Positions 28,113 through 36,294 of a stretch of DNA of 64,000 nt are shown piece after piece. The stretch comes from an uncultured delta proteobacterium. GTDB taxonomy: Bacteria > Desulfobacterota > Binatia > Binatales > Binataceae. How positions within the stretch are numbered: position 1 is the stretch's first letter; each line of letters opens with the position of its first letter. The position numbers were made by a program, and so were the translations under genes. The notes under the pieces were generated by a model. It searched no databases and had not been told where the DNA came from. It saw only the letters and a program-made list of their open reading frames with translations. The stretch covers positions 270,212 to 334,211 of the forward strand of contig CAWDXY010000001.1 in assembly GCA_963806485.1 (NCBI GenBank). The letters are read 5' to 3'.

Positions 28113-29285
28113 ATGACAACTGAATCAACGCCGGCCGCCGCTACGATCATTCACGACGACCAGCCGATCCGCTTCGAACGCGCGATCGCGGACTCGAAAG
28201 CGTTGTGGCTCGGCGCCGCGGAACTGAAAAAGCTCGCGGGATGGGAACTCAAGCCGGAAGGAATCTGCCGCGGCGATTTGTGCGTGCCGGTTCCACCGGG
28301 ACGCGAGACCGAATTCGCCTCGAAGCATGACGGCGCGTCCTGGATCAACTTCACTGCGCTCGCCGATCAGATGGGCAAGCCGTGGGCCGGCGACCAGAAG
28401 AATCGCGTATGGTACTTCGGCACCGACGCCGCCGAGCGCGACAACGCACTGAGCTCGCTCGAAGCTCCTGATTTTCAATTGCCCGACCTCGAAGGCAAAC
28501 TGCATCGCCTTTCGGACTACCGCGGTAAGAAGGTCCTTTTACTGGCATGGGCGTCCTGGTGAGGATGCTCCCTTGACCTGCCCGGGTGGCAGGCGCTTTA
28601 CGAAGAACTCAAGGACCTCAACTTCACGATCGTCACGGTCGCGCTCGACACCGGCGGCGCTGCAGCGGCAGGCGCGTTCATCAAGGCCGGCAAGCCGGCG
28701 CATCCCTCGTTGATCGACACCCGGCACGTCGTCGCCGAACTTTACAACATGGTCAACGTGCCGACCGCCGTGTGGATCGATGAATCGGGAACGATCGTGC
28801 GGCCCAACGAAGTCGCGTACGCGCTCGACACCTTCCGCGCGATCACCGGTCTCGATTCGGCGCGGTATCTCGACGCGCTTCGGGATTGGGCGAAGCTCGG
28901 CGCGAACAGCCGCTTCGTCATGAAGCCCGGCGAGGTCAAACACAAGCTCAAACTGCCGACACGCGAGCATGCGCAAGCGGCCGCGTACTTCAGGCTGGCG
29001 GAGTATCTGTGCGAGACCGGTCACGCGCCCGACGCGGTGCCGTACTTCAAGCAAGCGCGACAACTGCGGCCCGAGAGCTGGACGATAACGCGGCAAGCGT
29101 TCGCGATGGGCGATCCGGAGCGCGACTACGGCACGACCTTTGTCAACGAAGTCGCCAAGCTGCAGGGTCGGCTGTATTATGATTTGCTCGATCTCGACGG
29201 CTCTGGGAGCAATCCGGAGCAGGAGCGAGTCGCGAAGGAAGGCGCCGAGCGCCTGCGCAAACTGGTCGAGGGACGCAGCCAATAA
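28113..29285 (+). CDS. Candidate selenoprotein: three-part thioredoxin-fold (TlpA/ResA-like redoxin) protein with in-frame UGA (Sec) at 28560-28562
   Basis: ATG at 28113 with GGAGGGA upstream. Reading through the TGA at 28560 is open to 29285. TGA falls where the first active-site Cys of WASW-C-GPC sits (APDFQLPDLEGKLHRLSDYRGKKVLLLAWASW-U-GC). Redoxin motifs follow (NFTIVTVALD, VPTAVWIDESGTIVRP). Hairpin CCUGCC-CGGGU-GGCAGG at 28577-28593. Confidence 0.55.
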
Positions 29286-29330
29286 AACGCCGGCGCTCGA
29301 CTGAACTTCGGCATAGACCAGGATGGCACG

Positions 29331-30107
29331 ATGGCGAACTCGAAAATCCTGATCGGCACGTCGGGCTTTTCGTACAAGGAATGGCTCGGCGGCTTTTATC
29401 CGGAGAAACTTCCCGGCGCCAAGATGCTCGAGTACTACGCCGAGCGGATGCCGACGGTCGAAATCAACTACACGTTCCGCGCAATGCCGAAGAGCGCGAT
29501 GCTGGAAGGATGGGCCGCGCGCACGCCGCCAACTTTTCGCTTTGCGCTCAAGGCCCCGCAGCGCATCACGCACTTCGCCAAGCTGCGCGACGTCAAGGAG
29601 ACCACCGACACGTTCATCGAGCGCGCGTCGGTCATGGGCGAGCGGCTTGCGCCGGCGCTGTTCCAGCTTCCTCCCGATTTGAAGATTGACCTCCCGCTGC
29701 TGAAGGACTTCCTCAAGATCATTGCTGGAAAAATTCGTGCCGCATTCGAATTCAGAAATCGAAGCTGGTTCGACGACTCCGTCATGACCGCGCTCGCCGA
29801 CAATGGCGTCGCGCTGTGCATCGCGGAAACGGAAAAGCTCGTGTCGCCGCTCGAGCGTACCGCGCCATACGTCTATGTCCGACTGCGCAAAGAAACCTAC
29901 GACGACGCCGGCCTCGACGAGTGGGTGAAAAATCTAAATCGCCTCGCCTCGGACGCCAAAGAAATCTTCGTCTACTTCAAACACGAGACCTCCGCCCCCG
30001 ACCTAGCATCGCGCCTGCGCGCCAAGCTCGACTCGAATAACCGCGTTCGCGACGTTACGCACCTGCACGAGGGACAAGCCTTTCAGATCATCGGAGCGAA
30101 GAAGTAA
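29331..30107 (+). CDS. DUF72 (YecE-like) family protein
   Basis: N-terminal ILIGTSGFSYKEW and overall DUF72 pattern. Confidence 0.75.
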   Translation: MANSKILIGTSGFSYKEWLGGFYPEKLPGAKMLEYYAERMPTVEINYTFRAMPKSAMLEGWAARTPPTFRFALKAPQRITHFAKLRDVKETTDTFIERASVMGERLAPALFQLPPDLKIDLPLLKDFLKIIAGKIRAAFEFRNRSWFDDSVMTALADNGVALCIAETEKLVSPLERTAPYVYVRLRKETYDDAGLDEWVKNLNRLASDAKEIFVYFKHETSAPDLASRLRAKLDSNNRVRDVTHLHEGQAFQIIGAKK

Positions 30108-30109
30108 CC

Positions 30110-30553
30110 TCACGCCAGTAGACCTTTGCCCGGAACGTGGTTGACCTCGAGGCGGATGCCGTCGGGATCTTCGAACAGCACCGAGTAGTATCCCGGCGCC
30201 CACGGGCCGTTCTCTGGCGGATGCACAATCTTTGCGCCGATCGTTTTGAGGAAGCCGTACATCTCGTCGACGTCGCCACGCTCGCGCGCGCGGAGGCACA
30301 CGTGATGTAGCCCGACGCGGCGCTGCTGAAATTTCTCAGCCCGATACGAATCGTCGCCGCGCATGATTCCCACCGCCGTCCTTCCGCCCACGCAGTACAG
30401 CATCTCTTCGCTGCGCATGACGGGCTTGAGGCCGAGATACATGAGCAGCTTTTCGTAGAATGGAAAGCACGCCTCGAAGTTGCTGACCGTGAGCATTACA
30501 TGCGCGACGCCGTTGATTTCCATTTCATTTTCTCCAGTTTCGTTACAGGGCAT
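30110..30553 (-). CDS. VOC/glyoxalase-family protein
   Basis: 147 aa with a beta-alpha-beta-beta-beta glyoxalase-like pattern (HVMLTVSNFEACFPFYEKLL; HHVCLRARERGD). Confidence 0.6.
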   Translation of the reverse strand: MPCNETGENEMEINGVAHVMLTVSNFEACFPFYEKLLMYLGLKPVMRSEEMLYCVGGRTAVGIMRGDDSYRAEKFQQRRVGLHHVCLRARERGDVDEMYGFLKTIGAKIVHPPENGPWAPGYYSVLFEDPDGIRLEVNHVPGKGLLA

Positions 30554-31094
30554 TCAGCCATTCGTGACCCGGATGCGTTTCTTCCAGCGCGTCACGGAGC
30601 CATCGCCGCGCGTCCACGCTGAGCGCTGGGAGAGTGTTGCGGAAATCGATTCGATCGCGCGCCTCGAGATGCTTCGCCTTGAACAGCAACTCGATTTCCG
30701 GAGCAAGATACGGCAGCCCCGACGTCGCATTAAATCCCATTCGCGCAATCGGCATCCGAATTTCCGGATTACGGCGAAAGATCCATTCGCTGTCCAACGA
30801 TTCCTCGAGCATCACCTGGAACGCCGGCTCCGACTCGCCGGCGCGATACGCATTAATCTGATGAACCGGCAGCTCAAGCCGCTCGCCGGGCGGCCATTCG
30901 GCAACCGTTCCGCTATTCATCAAGCCTTCGGGATGCGGAATGATTTTTTTCAGTGAGAATTGCTCCAGACATTTGTGCAGCAAAAGGTGATCGCGCCGTA
31001 TGACCGCCACGTCCACGTCGTGATGCTCGCGAGTGACGCGCCCGAGATGCAGATCGATCGCCCATCCGCCGGCGAAAAAGTACGGCGCGCGCAA
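30543..31094 (-). CDS. Nucleotidyltransferase (aminoglycoside/lincosamide adenylyltransferase-like, Pol-beta fold)
   Basis: GGWAIDL...HHDVDVAV minimal nucleotidyltransferase signature. Overlaps the downstream VOC gene by 11 nt. Confidence 0.55.
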   Translation of the reverse strand: MRAPYFFAGGWAIDLHLGRVTREHHDVDVAVIRRDHLLLHKCLEQFSLKKIIPHPEGLMNSGTVAEWPPGERLELPVHQINAYRAGESEPAFQVMLEESLDSEWIFRRNPEIRMPIARMGFNATSGLPYLAPEIELLFKAKHLEARDRIDFRNTLPALSVDARRWLRDALEETHPGHEWLNAL

Positions 31095-31176
31095 TCCAGC
31101 CAGTGCCTCCGCAACTTCAAGTAATACTTTAAAGTCTTGGTTTGGCGTGTTCGTGTTCCTTTCTCCTGAACTCCTG

Positions 31177-31258
31177 ACGTTTCACGTGAAACGTTTTGCC
31201 ACAAAACTCGTTGATCGCCTTGTGTTATCCGCGATCGGCGCAACGTTTCACGTGAAAC
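31177..31258. promoter_or_regulatory. Two copies of a CACGTG-centred palindrome (ACGTTTCACGTGAAACGT) upstream of the nucleotidyltransferase-VOC operon
   Basis: 18-bp perfect palindrome at 31177-31194 and 14-bp copy GTTTCACGTGAAAC at 31245-31258, about 68 bp apart, 80-160 bp upstream of the minus-strand start at 31094. Confidence 0.45.
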
Positions 31259-31278
31259 AGTGAAAAAACGTTGCGCGC

Positions 31279-32292
31279 TCAGCGGGCCTGGACCATGCGC
31301 GACGGCTTCGGCTGTTCGTGGCCGAGAATCGGATGCGGCCGGTACGGCTTTTCGAGCGCGGCGACTTCGTCCGCGGTGAGTTTCACGTCGACGGCCGCGA
31401 TTGCCTCCTTGAGATGGGCGAGCTTGGTCGCGCCTATTATCGGCGCGGTGACTCCCGGCGCCTGCAGGATCCACGCGCACGCGATCTGCGACGGCGTGAC
31501 GCTGCGCTCCTTGGCGATCTGCTCGACGACGCTCAGCACTTCGAAGTCATACTCGCGGAAGTACATGTTTTTGGCGAAGTCGTCGGTCTTGGCGCGCGCG
31601 GTCGGACCGCTGCCGCCCTTTTCGCGATTGCCCGCCAGGAATCCGCGCGCGAGCGGACTCCACGGAATCAAGCCGACGCCGTTGTCGATGCAGAGCGGAT
31701 TCATCTCGCGCTCCTCCTCGCGATAGACGAGGTTGTAATGGTTTTGCATCGAGATGAACCGGTGCCATCCGTTTTCTTTTTGAAGCGCGAGCGCTTTGGC
31801 GAACTGCCACGCCGCCATCGAGCTCGCGCCGAGGTAGCGGACCTTGCCAGCGCGCACCAACGAGTCGAGCGCCTCGAGGGTTTCCTCGATCGGCGTCGTG
31901 TAATCCCATCGATGGATTTGGTAGAGGTCGACGAAATCCATCTTGAGGCGGCGCAGCGACGCGTCGCACGCTTCGAGAATATTTTTGCGACTGAGGCCGG
32001 CGCGATTGAGTCCTGACGCCATCGGGCCGTGCACCTTTGTCGCGACGACGATCTCGTCGCGCTTGGCCATCTCGCCGAGCCATCGCCCGGTGACCTCTTC
32101 GCTCGCGCCGACCGAGTAGACGTTGGCCGTGTCGAAGAAATTGATTCCCGACTCGACGGCGGCGGCGAAATGTTCGCGCGCCTCGTCCATCGTCAGCACC
32201 CAGTCGCGCCATTTCTTGTCGCCATAGCTCATGCATCCGAGGCAGATGCGAGAGACGGTGATTCCGGTTTTGCCTAATTTCGAGTAGTGCAT
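31279..32292 (-). CDS. Aldo/keto reductase
   Basis: MHYSKLGKTGITVSRICLGCMSYG N-terminus. Start at internal ATG 32292 with GGAG RBS. Confidence 0.85.
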   Translation of the reverse strand: MHYSKLGKTGITVSRICLGCMSYGDKKWRDWVLTMDEAREHFAAAVESGINFFDTANVYSVGASEEVTGRWLGEMAKRDEIVVATKVHGPMASGLNRAGLSRKNILEACDASLRRLKMDFVDLYQIHRWDYTTPIEETLEALDSLVRAGKVRYLGASSMAAWQFAKALALQKENGWHRFISMQNHYNLVYREEEREMNPLCIDNGVGLIPWSPLARGFLAGNREKGGSGPTARAKTDDFAKNMYFREYDFEVLSVVEQIAKERSVTPSQIACAWILQAPGVTAPIIGATKLAHLKEAIAAVDVKLTADEVAALEKPYRPHPILGHEQPKPSRMVQAR

Positions 32293-32857
32293 GATTGCTC
32301 CAATTTTTTTAGATTTTTTAGAATAGTCAGCCTTGAGCCACAATTCCGGTGCTCACGCTCGCGTGTCAAGGCCGAAGTGAAATCCGATACCGCTTCAATT
32401 TTGGTAAGAGGACTCTCTTTCCGCATCCGGTTCCCCTTTCCCGCGCGGGCCCGAAAAAAGGGGTTAGGGGTTAGGTTCCTGGACCGGATTCAGCGGTCAG
32501 GGTGGTACGAGCCTGGCGACGGCGGGATGTCGGGGGAAGCCGTCGTAGCCGTGGTCGTGAAGAAAGTTTGCGTGCACCTGCGCCAGCAGGAAGGCGTCGA
32601 TCAGTATCGCGACAAATATAGCGGCGATGAATCGGTACCCGCCCGGCTGGGGAGCATCGCGCGTGGCCATAAGAACTATTAATAGCACGAAGCCGGTTTT
32701 GGCGCAGTGGCGCTATTTCATTGCCTCGGCCAGAATATTAGGATGCTCGCAATCCCCACTGGCCGATTGGTCAGGCGGGGATAATCGAGACCGAAGATTA
32801 GCGAATTGCGCGCGAATGCGTCGCGGGTCTGAAAAACGCGGCGCTGGAGGGAATCTA

Positions 32858-34369
32858 ATGCGGGTCCTATTCGTACATCCAAGTCCGCTTATGTACAGCG
32901 AGATTTATTTGCGGCTCGAACCGCTGGGAATGGAGCGGGTGGCGGCGGCCACGCGCGCGGCCGGCCACGACGTGAGAATCATTGACCTGCAGATTTTCAA
33001 GCATCGCGACCTGTTTGCCGAGCTCGAGAGCTTCCGGCCCAACGCGGTCGGCTTCTCGCTCAACTATCTGGCCAACGTGCCCGAGGTGATCGATCTCGCC
33101 AAGGATGTGAAGCGACTGATGAAGGACTGCTTCGTCTTCACCGGCGGGCACAGCGGTTCGTTCGTGGCGGACGAAATCCTGGAGCATGCGGACGGCGCGA
33201 TCGACGCGGTCATCCGCGGCGAGGGCGAGACGGCGACCCCGATGCTGCTCGACGCTATCGGCACCGGCTCGATTGGCAAAGTTCCCGGCGTGCTGACGAC
33301 GCAGGGCTCGGGGCCGACGCCGGTGATGCTCGACGATCTCGACAAGTTTTTTCCCGCGCGCGACCTGGGGCGGCGGCGCAACAAGTATTTTATCGGCGTG
33401 CTCGATCCGTGCGCGTCTATCGAGTTCACCCGCGGATGCCCGTGGGATTGCTCGTTCTGCAGCGCGTGGACGTTTTACGGCCGCAGCTACCGCAAATCGA
33501 CGCCGGAAGCCGCCGCAGAAGACATGCTGTCGATCAAGGAGCCCAACGTTTTCATCGTCGACGACGTCGCCTTCATCCATCCCGAGCATGGGTTTGCGAT
33601 TGGGCAGGAAATAGAAAAGCGCAAGATCAAAAAGCAGTACTACCTCGAGACTCGCGCCGACGTGCTGTGCCGCAATCCGGAAGTGTTCCGCTACTGGCGC
33701 AAGCTCGGCATGGAGTACATGTTCCTGGGGCTCGAAGCGATCGACGAAGAGGGACTCAAGCTGCATCGCAAGCGCTCGTCGATGGGCGTGAATTTCAAGG
33801 CGCTCGAAGTGGCGCGCGAGATCGGCTTGACCGTCGCGGTCAACCTCATCGCGGACCCGTCATGGGACGTGAAGCGCTTCGAGGTGATTCGCGAATGGGC
33901 GATCAGCATCCCGGAGATCGTTCATCTGACAGTGGCGACGCCGTATCCCGGCACTGAGTTGTGGTTTACGGAATCGCGCAAGCTGACGACGCTCGACTAC
34001 CGGCTGTACGACATCCAGCACGCGGTGCTGCCGACCAAGCTGCCGTTGCTGCAGTTCTACCAGGAGCTGGTGAAGACGCAGGACGTGCTCAACCGCAAGC
34101 ATCTTGGGTTCGCGGCGCTGAAGTCGGTAGCGTCGATCGCGGGCAAGCTCGCGCTGAAGGGGCAGACCAACTTCATCAAGATGCTGTGGAAGTTCAACAG
34201 CGTGTACAATCCGGACCGGCAGTTCGCCGAGCACGCGCGCGAAGTGAAGTACGCGATGCGCCCGCCGTCGATGCATACCGACGGCCGTCCGGCAGCCGAC
34301 AAGCTCTATATCCACATGCCAAAGCCGTCGCGCCCGGCGGCGACGGTGCCGGCCGCAGGCGGCAGGTGA
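32858..34369 (+). CDS. B12-binding-domain radical SAM protein (class B), possible lipid-modifying methylase/cyclase
   Basis: ATG 32858 with GGAGG RBS. N-terminal B12-binding Rossmann region, then TRGCPWDCSFCSAW (CxxxCxxC), about 503 aa. Relation to HpnP/HpnR-type hopanoid methylases is possible but not established. Confidence 0.6.
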   Translation: MRVLFVHPSPLMYSEIYLRLEPLGMERVAAATRAAGHDVRIIDLQIFKHRDLFAELESFRPNAVGFSLNYLANVPEVIDLAKDVKRLMKDCFVFTGGHSGSFVADEILEHADGAIDAVIRGEGETATPMLLDAIGTGSIGKVPGVLTTQGSGPTPVMLDDLDKFFPARDLGRRRNKYFIGVLDPCASIEFTRGCPWDCSFCSAWTFYGRSYRKSTPEAAAEDMLSIKEPNVFIVDDVAFIHPEHGFAIGQEIEKRKIKKQYYLETRADVLCRNPEVFRYWRKLGMEYMFLGLEAIDEEGLKLHRKRSSMGVNFKALEVAREIGLTVAVNLIADPSWDVKRFEVIREWAISIPEIVHLTVATPYPGTELWFTESRKLTTLDYRLYDIQHAVLPTKLPLLQFYQELVKTQDVLNRKHLGFAALKSVASIAGKLALKGQTNFIKMLWKFNSVYNPDRQFAEHAREVKYAMRPPSMHTDGRPAADKLYIHMPKPSRPAATVPAAGGR

Positions 34370-34394
34370 GACAGGAGAGGGCGGAGGAACTTAA

Positions 34395-34530
34395 TTGAAT
34401 GTGAAACCCGCGGTGGGTTTCACGCTTCCTTCGGCAGGGGTGACCCCTGCACCCATTACTAAGAAAATCGGCACCGCCGCGGGATGCGGGACTTCGTCCC
34501 TGTTCGAACTTGTTAAGGGGGAAAGGAGGG
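34395..34530. repeat. REP/MITE-like repeat, copy C
   Basis: GTGAAACCCGCGGTGGGTTTCAC, core 34433-34454, third hairpin GGGACTTCGTCCC. Confidence 0.8.
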
Positions 34531-34550
34531 CGCTGTGACATGGGCCGAGG

Positions 34551-34763
34551 ATGGCTAAGATAGCAGGGCGGATTGTGCTAAAGTCGAAAACCGTTATGAA
34601 GTTGAAGGTGGAGTTCGATCGGGAAACAGACGGTCGCTGGATCGCCGAAGTGCCCGAGTTGCCGGGCGTGCTGGCCTACGGCAAGACGCGCGCAGAGGCG
34701 CTCGCGGCAGTTGAGGCGCTGGCGCTACGCGTCATTGCCGATCGGATCGAAGCCTCGGGTTAA
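34551..34763 (+). CDS. HicB-family (UPF0150) antitoxin-like protein, orphan
   Basis: KVEFDRETDGRWIAEVPELPGVLAYGKTRAEALAAVEALALRVIAD matches the HicB/UPF0150 pattern. No hicA-like ORF next to it. Confidence 0.45.
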   Translation: MAKIAGRIVLKSKTVMKLKVEFDRETDGRWIAEVPELPGVLAYGKTRAEALAAVEALALRVIADRIEASG

Positions 34764-34766
34764 TTC

Positions 34767-35651
34767 TCAGCTTGCGACTGGTTCGGGGGCGTTGCGCAGT
34801 GCGTTGAAGACGACTGGCGGCACCCGCAGGCGATCGTCGTTATAGATTGTTCGGACTTCGGGGAACGCGTCATCATTTGCGAGCGTCAGGGTTGCAACTC
34901 GATCGAGCAACTGTTTTTTTTCGTCGGTAAGGGCATCGTCGTTCATGCTCATCAATCCCCAGACGTCCCACGGCAGCAGTTCCATTTTATTTAGCGACGC
35001 GAGATCGCGAACCACGTTGCCGGCGATGAACCACATTCCCTGCAGGTGAGCATGCGTGAGGCCGAAGTTGGCGGGGTCGGCGCCGCCGGTGCGGCACATC
35101 TGCCACGCGTTGCCCGCGATTATGAAGCACTCGCGCGGCACATCGAGCGGGTTGAAATTGATGTGGAGCGCGTTGCGCTGAATCGCGTCGAGCTGCGCGT
35201 CCACCAATATCCAGCGCTTCTCGCCGACGTTCCAATACTCGCACACCCAATGGTCTTCGAATTTGCCAGGAGTGAAGTAGGCGCCGAAGCCGCATCGCGG
35301 GCGCGCCGGTATGCCTTGATACTGGAGCATGGCGCTGAGCATCAGCGAGAAATGACGGCATACGCTGGGGAGCCGGTGGCTTACGTCGCGCGCGGTCGTG
35401 AGCGGGCGCGAATCGAGCGCGTGAATGCGCGTCAGCATTTGCGCGATCGGGCGGATATTGCCGTCGTCGCGCTGCGCCTCGGTCAGCGTGAGGCCGTACA
35501 GCCATGGCGCGATGTCGCGATGAATCAGCACGCCTTGTACGACCTCGCATAGCGCCGCAATTTCCCTGGGCAATTTGCTGAATTCATCCGCGTGGGCTCC
35601 CAGAGCCGTCATCGGACCATCGCTCTTGTAGTAGTCCTGCGGGTTTTGCAT
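34767..35651 (-). CDS. Transglutaminase-like (Cys-His-Asp) domain protein
   Basis: CRHFSLML (catalytic Cys), HWVCEYW (His) and downstream Asp. Start at the Met of MQNPQDYY avoids overlap with the upstream small ORF. Confidence 0.55.
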   Translation of the reverse strand: MQNPQDYYKSDGPMTALGAHADEFSKLPREIAALCEVVQGVLIHRDIAPWLYGLTLTEAQRDDGNIRPIAQMLTRIHALDSRPLTTARDVSHRLPSVCRHFSLMLSAMLQYQGIPARPRCGFGAYFTPGKFEDHWVCEYWNVGEKRWILVDAQLDAIQRNALHINFNPLDVPRECFIIAGNAWQMCRTGGADPANFGLTHAHLQGMWFIAGNVVRDLASLNKMELLPWDVWGLMSMNDDALTDEKKQLLDRVATLTLANDDAFPEVRTIYNDDRLRVPPVVFNALRNAPEPVAS

Positions 35652-35671
35652 TTTCGACTGCCTTCGGGCCG

Positions 35672-35920
35672 TTATGCGGTCGCGTCGCAGACGGTCGCGA
35701 GATACTTCGCGAGCTTGCCGAGCGAACATTCCCAGCCGGGCCGCATATTTGAATTGGCGATCTCTTCGATCGACGCATGCGCCTCGCGCACCGCATCCGA
35801 TTCGGTGGCGGCTGCGCCAATCATGCCGTTGCGATTAGTATTGTCAACGAACCAGAACCAGCTCTGTTGAGAGTTCCATACCTCGAAGCCGATACCCAAG
35901 TGATGTTTGCTGATCCGCAT
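35672..35920 (-). CDS. Hypothetical small protein (82 aa)
   Basis: ORF with balanced, non-repetitive composition just upstream of the transglutaminase-like gene. No family recognised. Confidence 0.3.
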   Translation of the reverse strand: MRISKHHLGIGFEVWNSQQSWFWFVDNTNRNGMIGAAATESDAVREAHASIEEIANSNMRPGWECSLGKLAKYLATVCDATA

Positions 35921-36001
35921 TAGTCTGTCCTCGCTATTTCATCGAAGGAATTTCTTCATCTTCTGATATGTAGTCGTTCGACGGATCCCGAAATCGACAA
36001 A

Positions 36002-36286
36002 TCATCCACCTGAAAGCGCCGGGTAAATCCACACTTCGGAACTATTCGAAACCTGGGTCGAGCTGCCTTGTGCGAAGCGCACGTTCTCGCCGTTGACGAA
36101 TACGTTGACGTGGCGGCGGATATTGTTCTGGTCGTCGAGCACGCGCTGGCGGATTCCGGGATAGTCGCGGCCGAGCATCACGAAGGCCTCGCCAATCGTC
36201 AGGCGCGCGTCGAGCGGAAGCCGCACTTCGACGACCTCGTTGTCGCCGGCAAATCGACGGAGCGCAGATGGCAGATGAAAGAGCAT
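36002..36286 (-). CDS. MoaD/ThiS-family ubiquitin-like sulfur-carrier protein ending in Gly-Gly
   Basis: 94 aa: MLFHLPSALRRFAGDNEVVEVRLPLDARLTIGE...NVFVNGENV...IYPALSGG-stop. Classic MoaD/ThiS beta-grasp pattern with terminal GG. The 223-aa ORF in the track is an Arg-rich artefact N-extension. Confidence 0.65.
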   Translation of the reverse strand: MLFHLPSALRRFAGDNEVVEVRLPLDARLTIGEAFVMLGRDYPGIRQRVLDDQNNIRRHVNVFVNGENVRFAQGSSTQVSNSSEVWIYPALSGG

Positions 36287-36294
36287 CACGGGTC

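Noticed and set aside
25333-28128. 931-aa ORF on the minus strand
   Set aside because: Entirely antisense to the well-supported pepN gene. Arg/His/Ala-rich low-complexity translation typical of high-GC antisense frames.
26889-28562. 557-aa plus-strand ORF
   Set aside because: Only its last 149 codons (from the ATG at 28113, in frame with 28710-29285) are interpreted as real: the N-terminal part of the selenoprotein candidate. The rest is an alternative frame inside pepN.
28586-28783. 65-aa plus-strand ORF between the two halves of the redoxin gene
   Set aside because: Out of frame with the flanking, clearly homologous redoxin sequence. Explained by read-through of the UGA in the main frame.
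32344-32857. Possible cobalamin riboswitch upstream of the B12-radical-SAM gene; telomere-like GGGGTTAGGGGTTAGG at about 32458
   Set aside because: Could not recognise a B12-box or the conserved cobalamin-riboswitch core by eye. The G-rich run is short and isolated. Left as unexplained non-coding DNA; a small hydrophobic ORF at 32497-32688 on the minus strand is unsupported.
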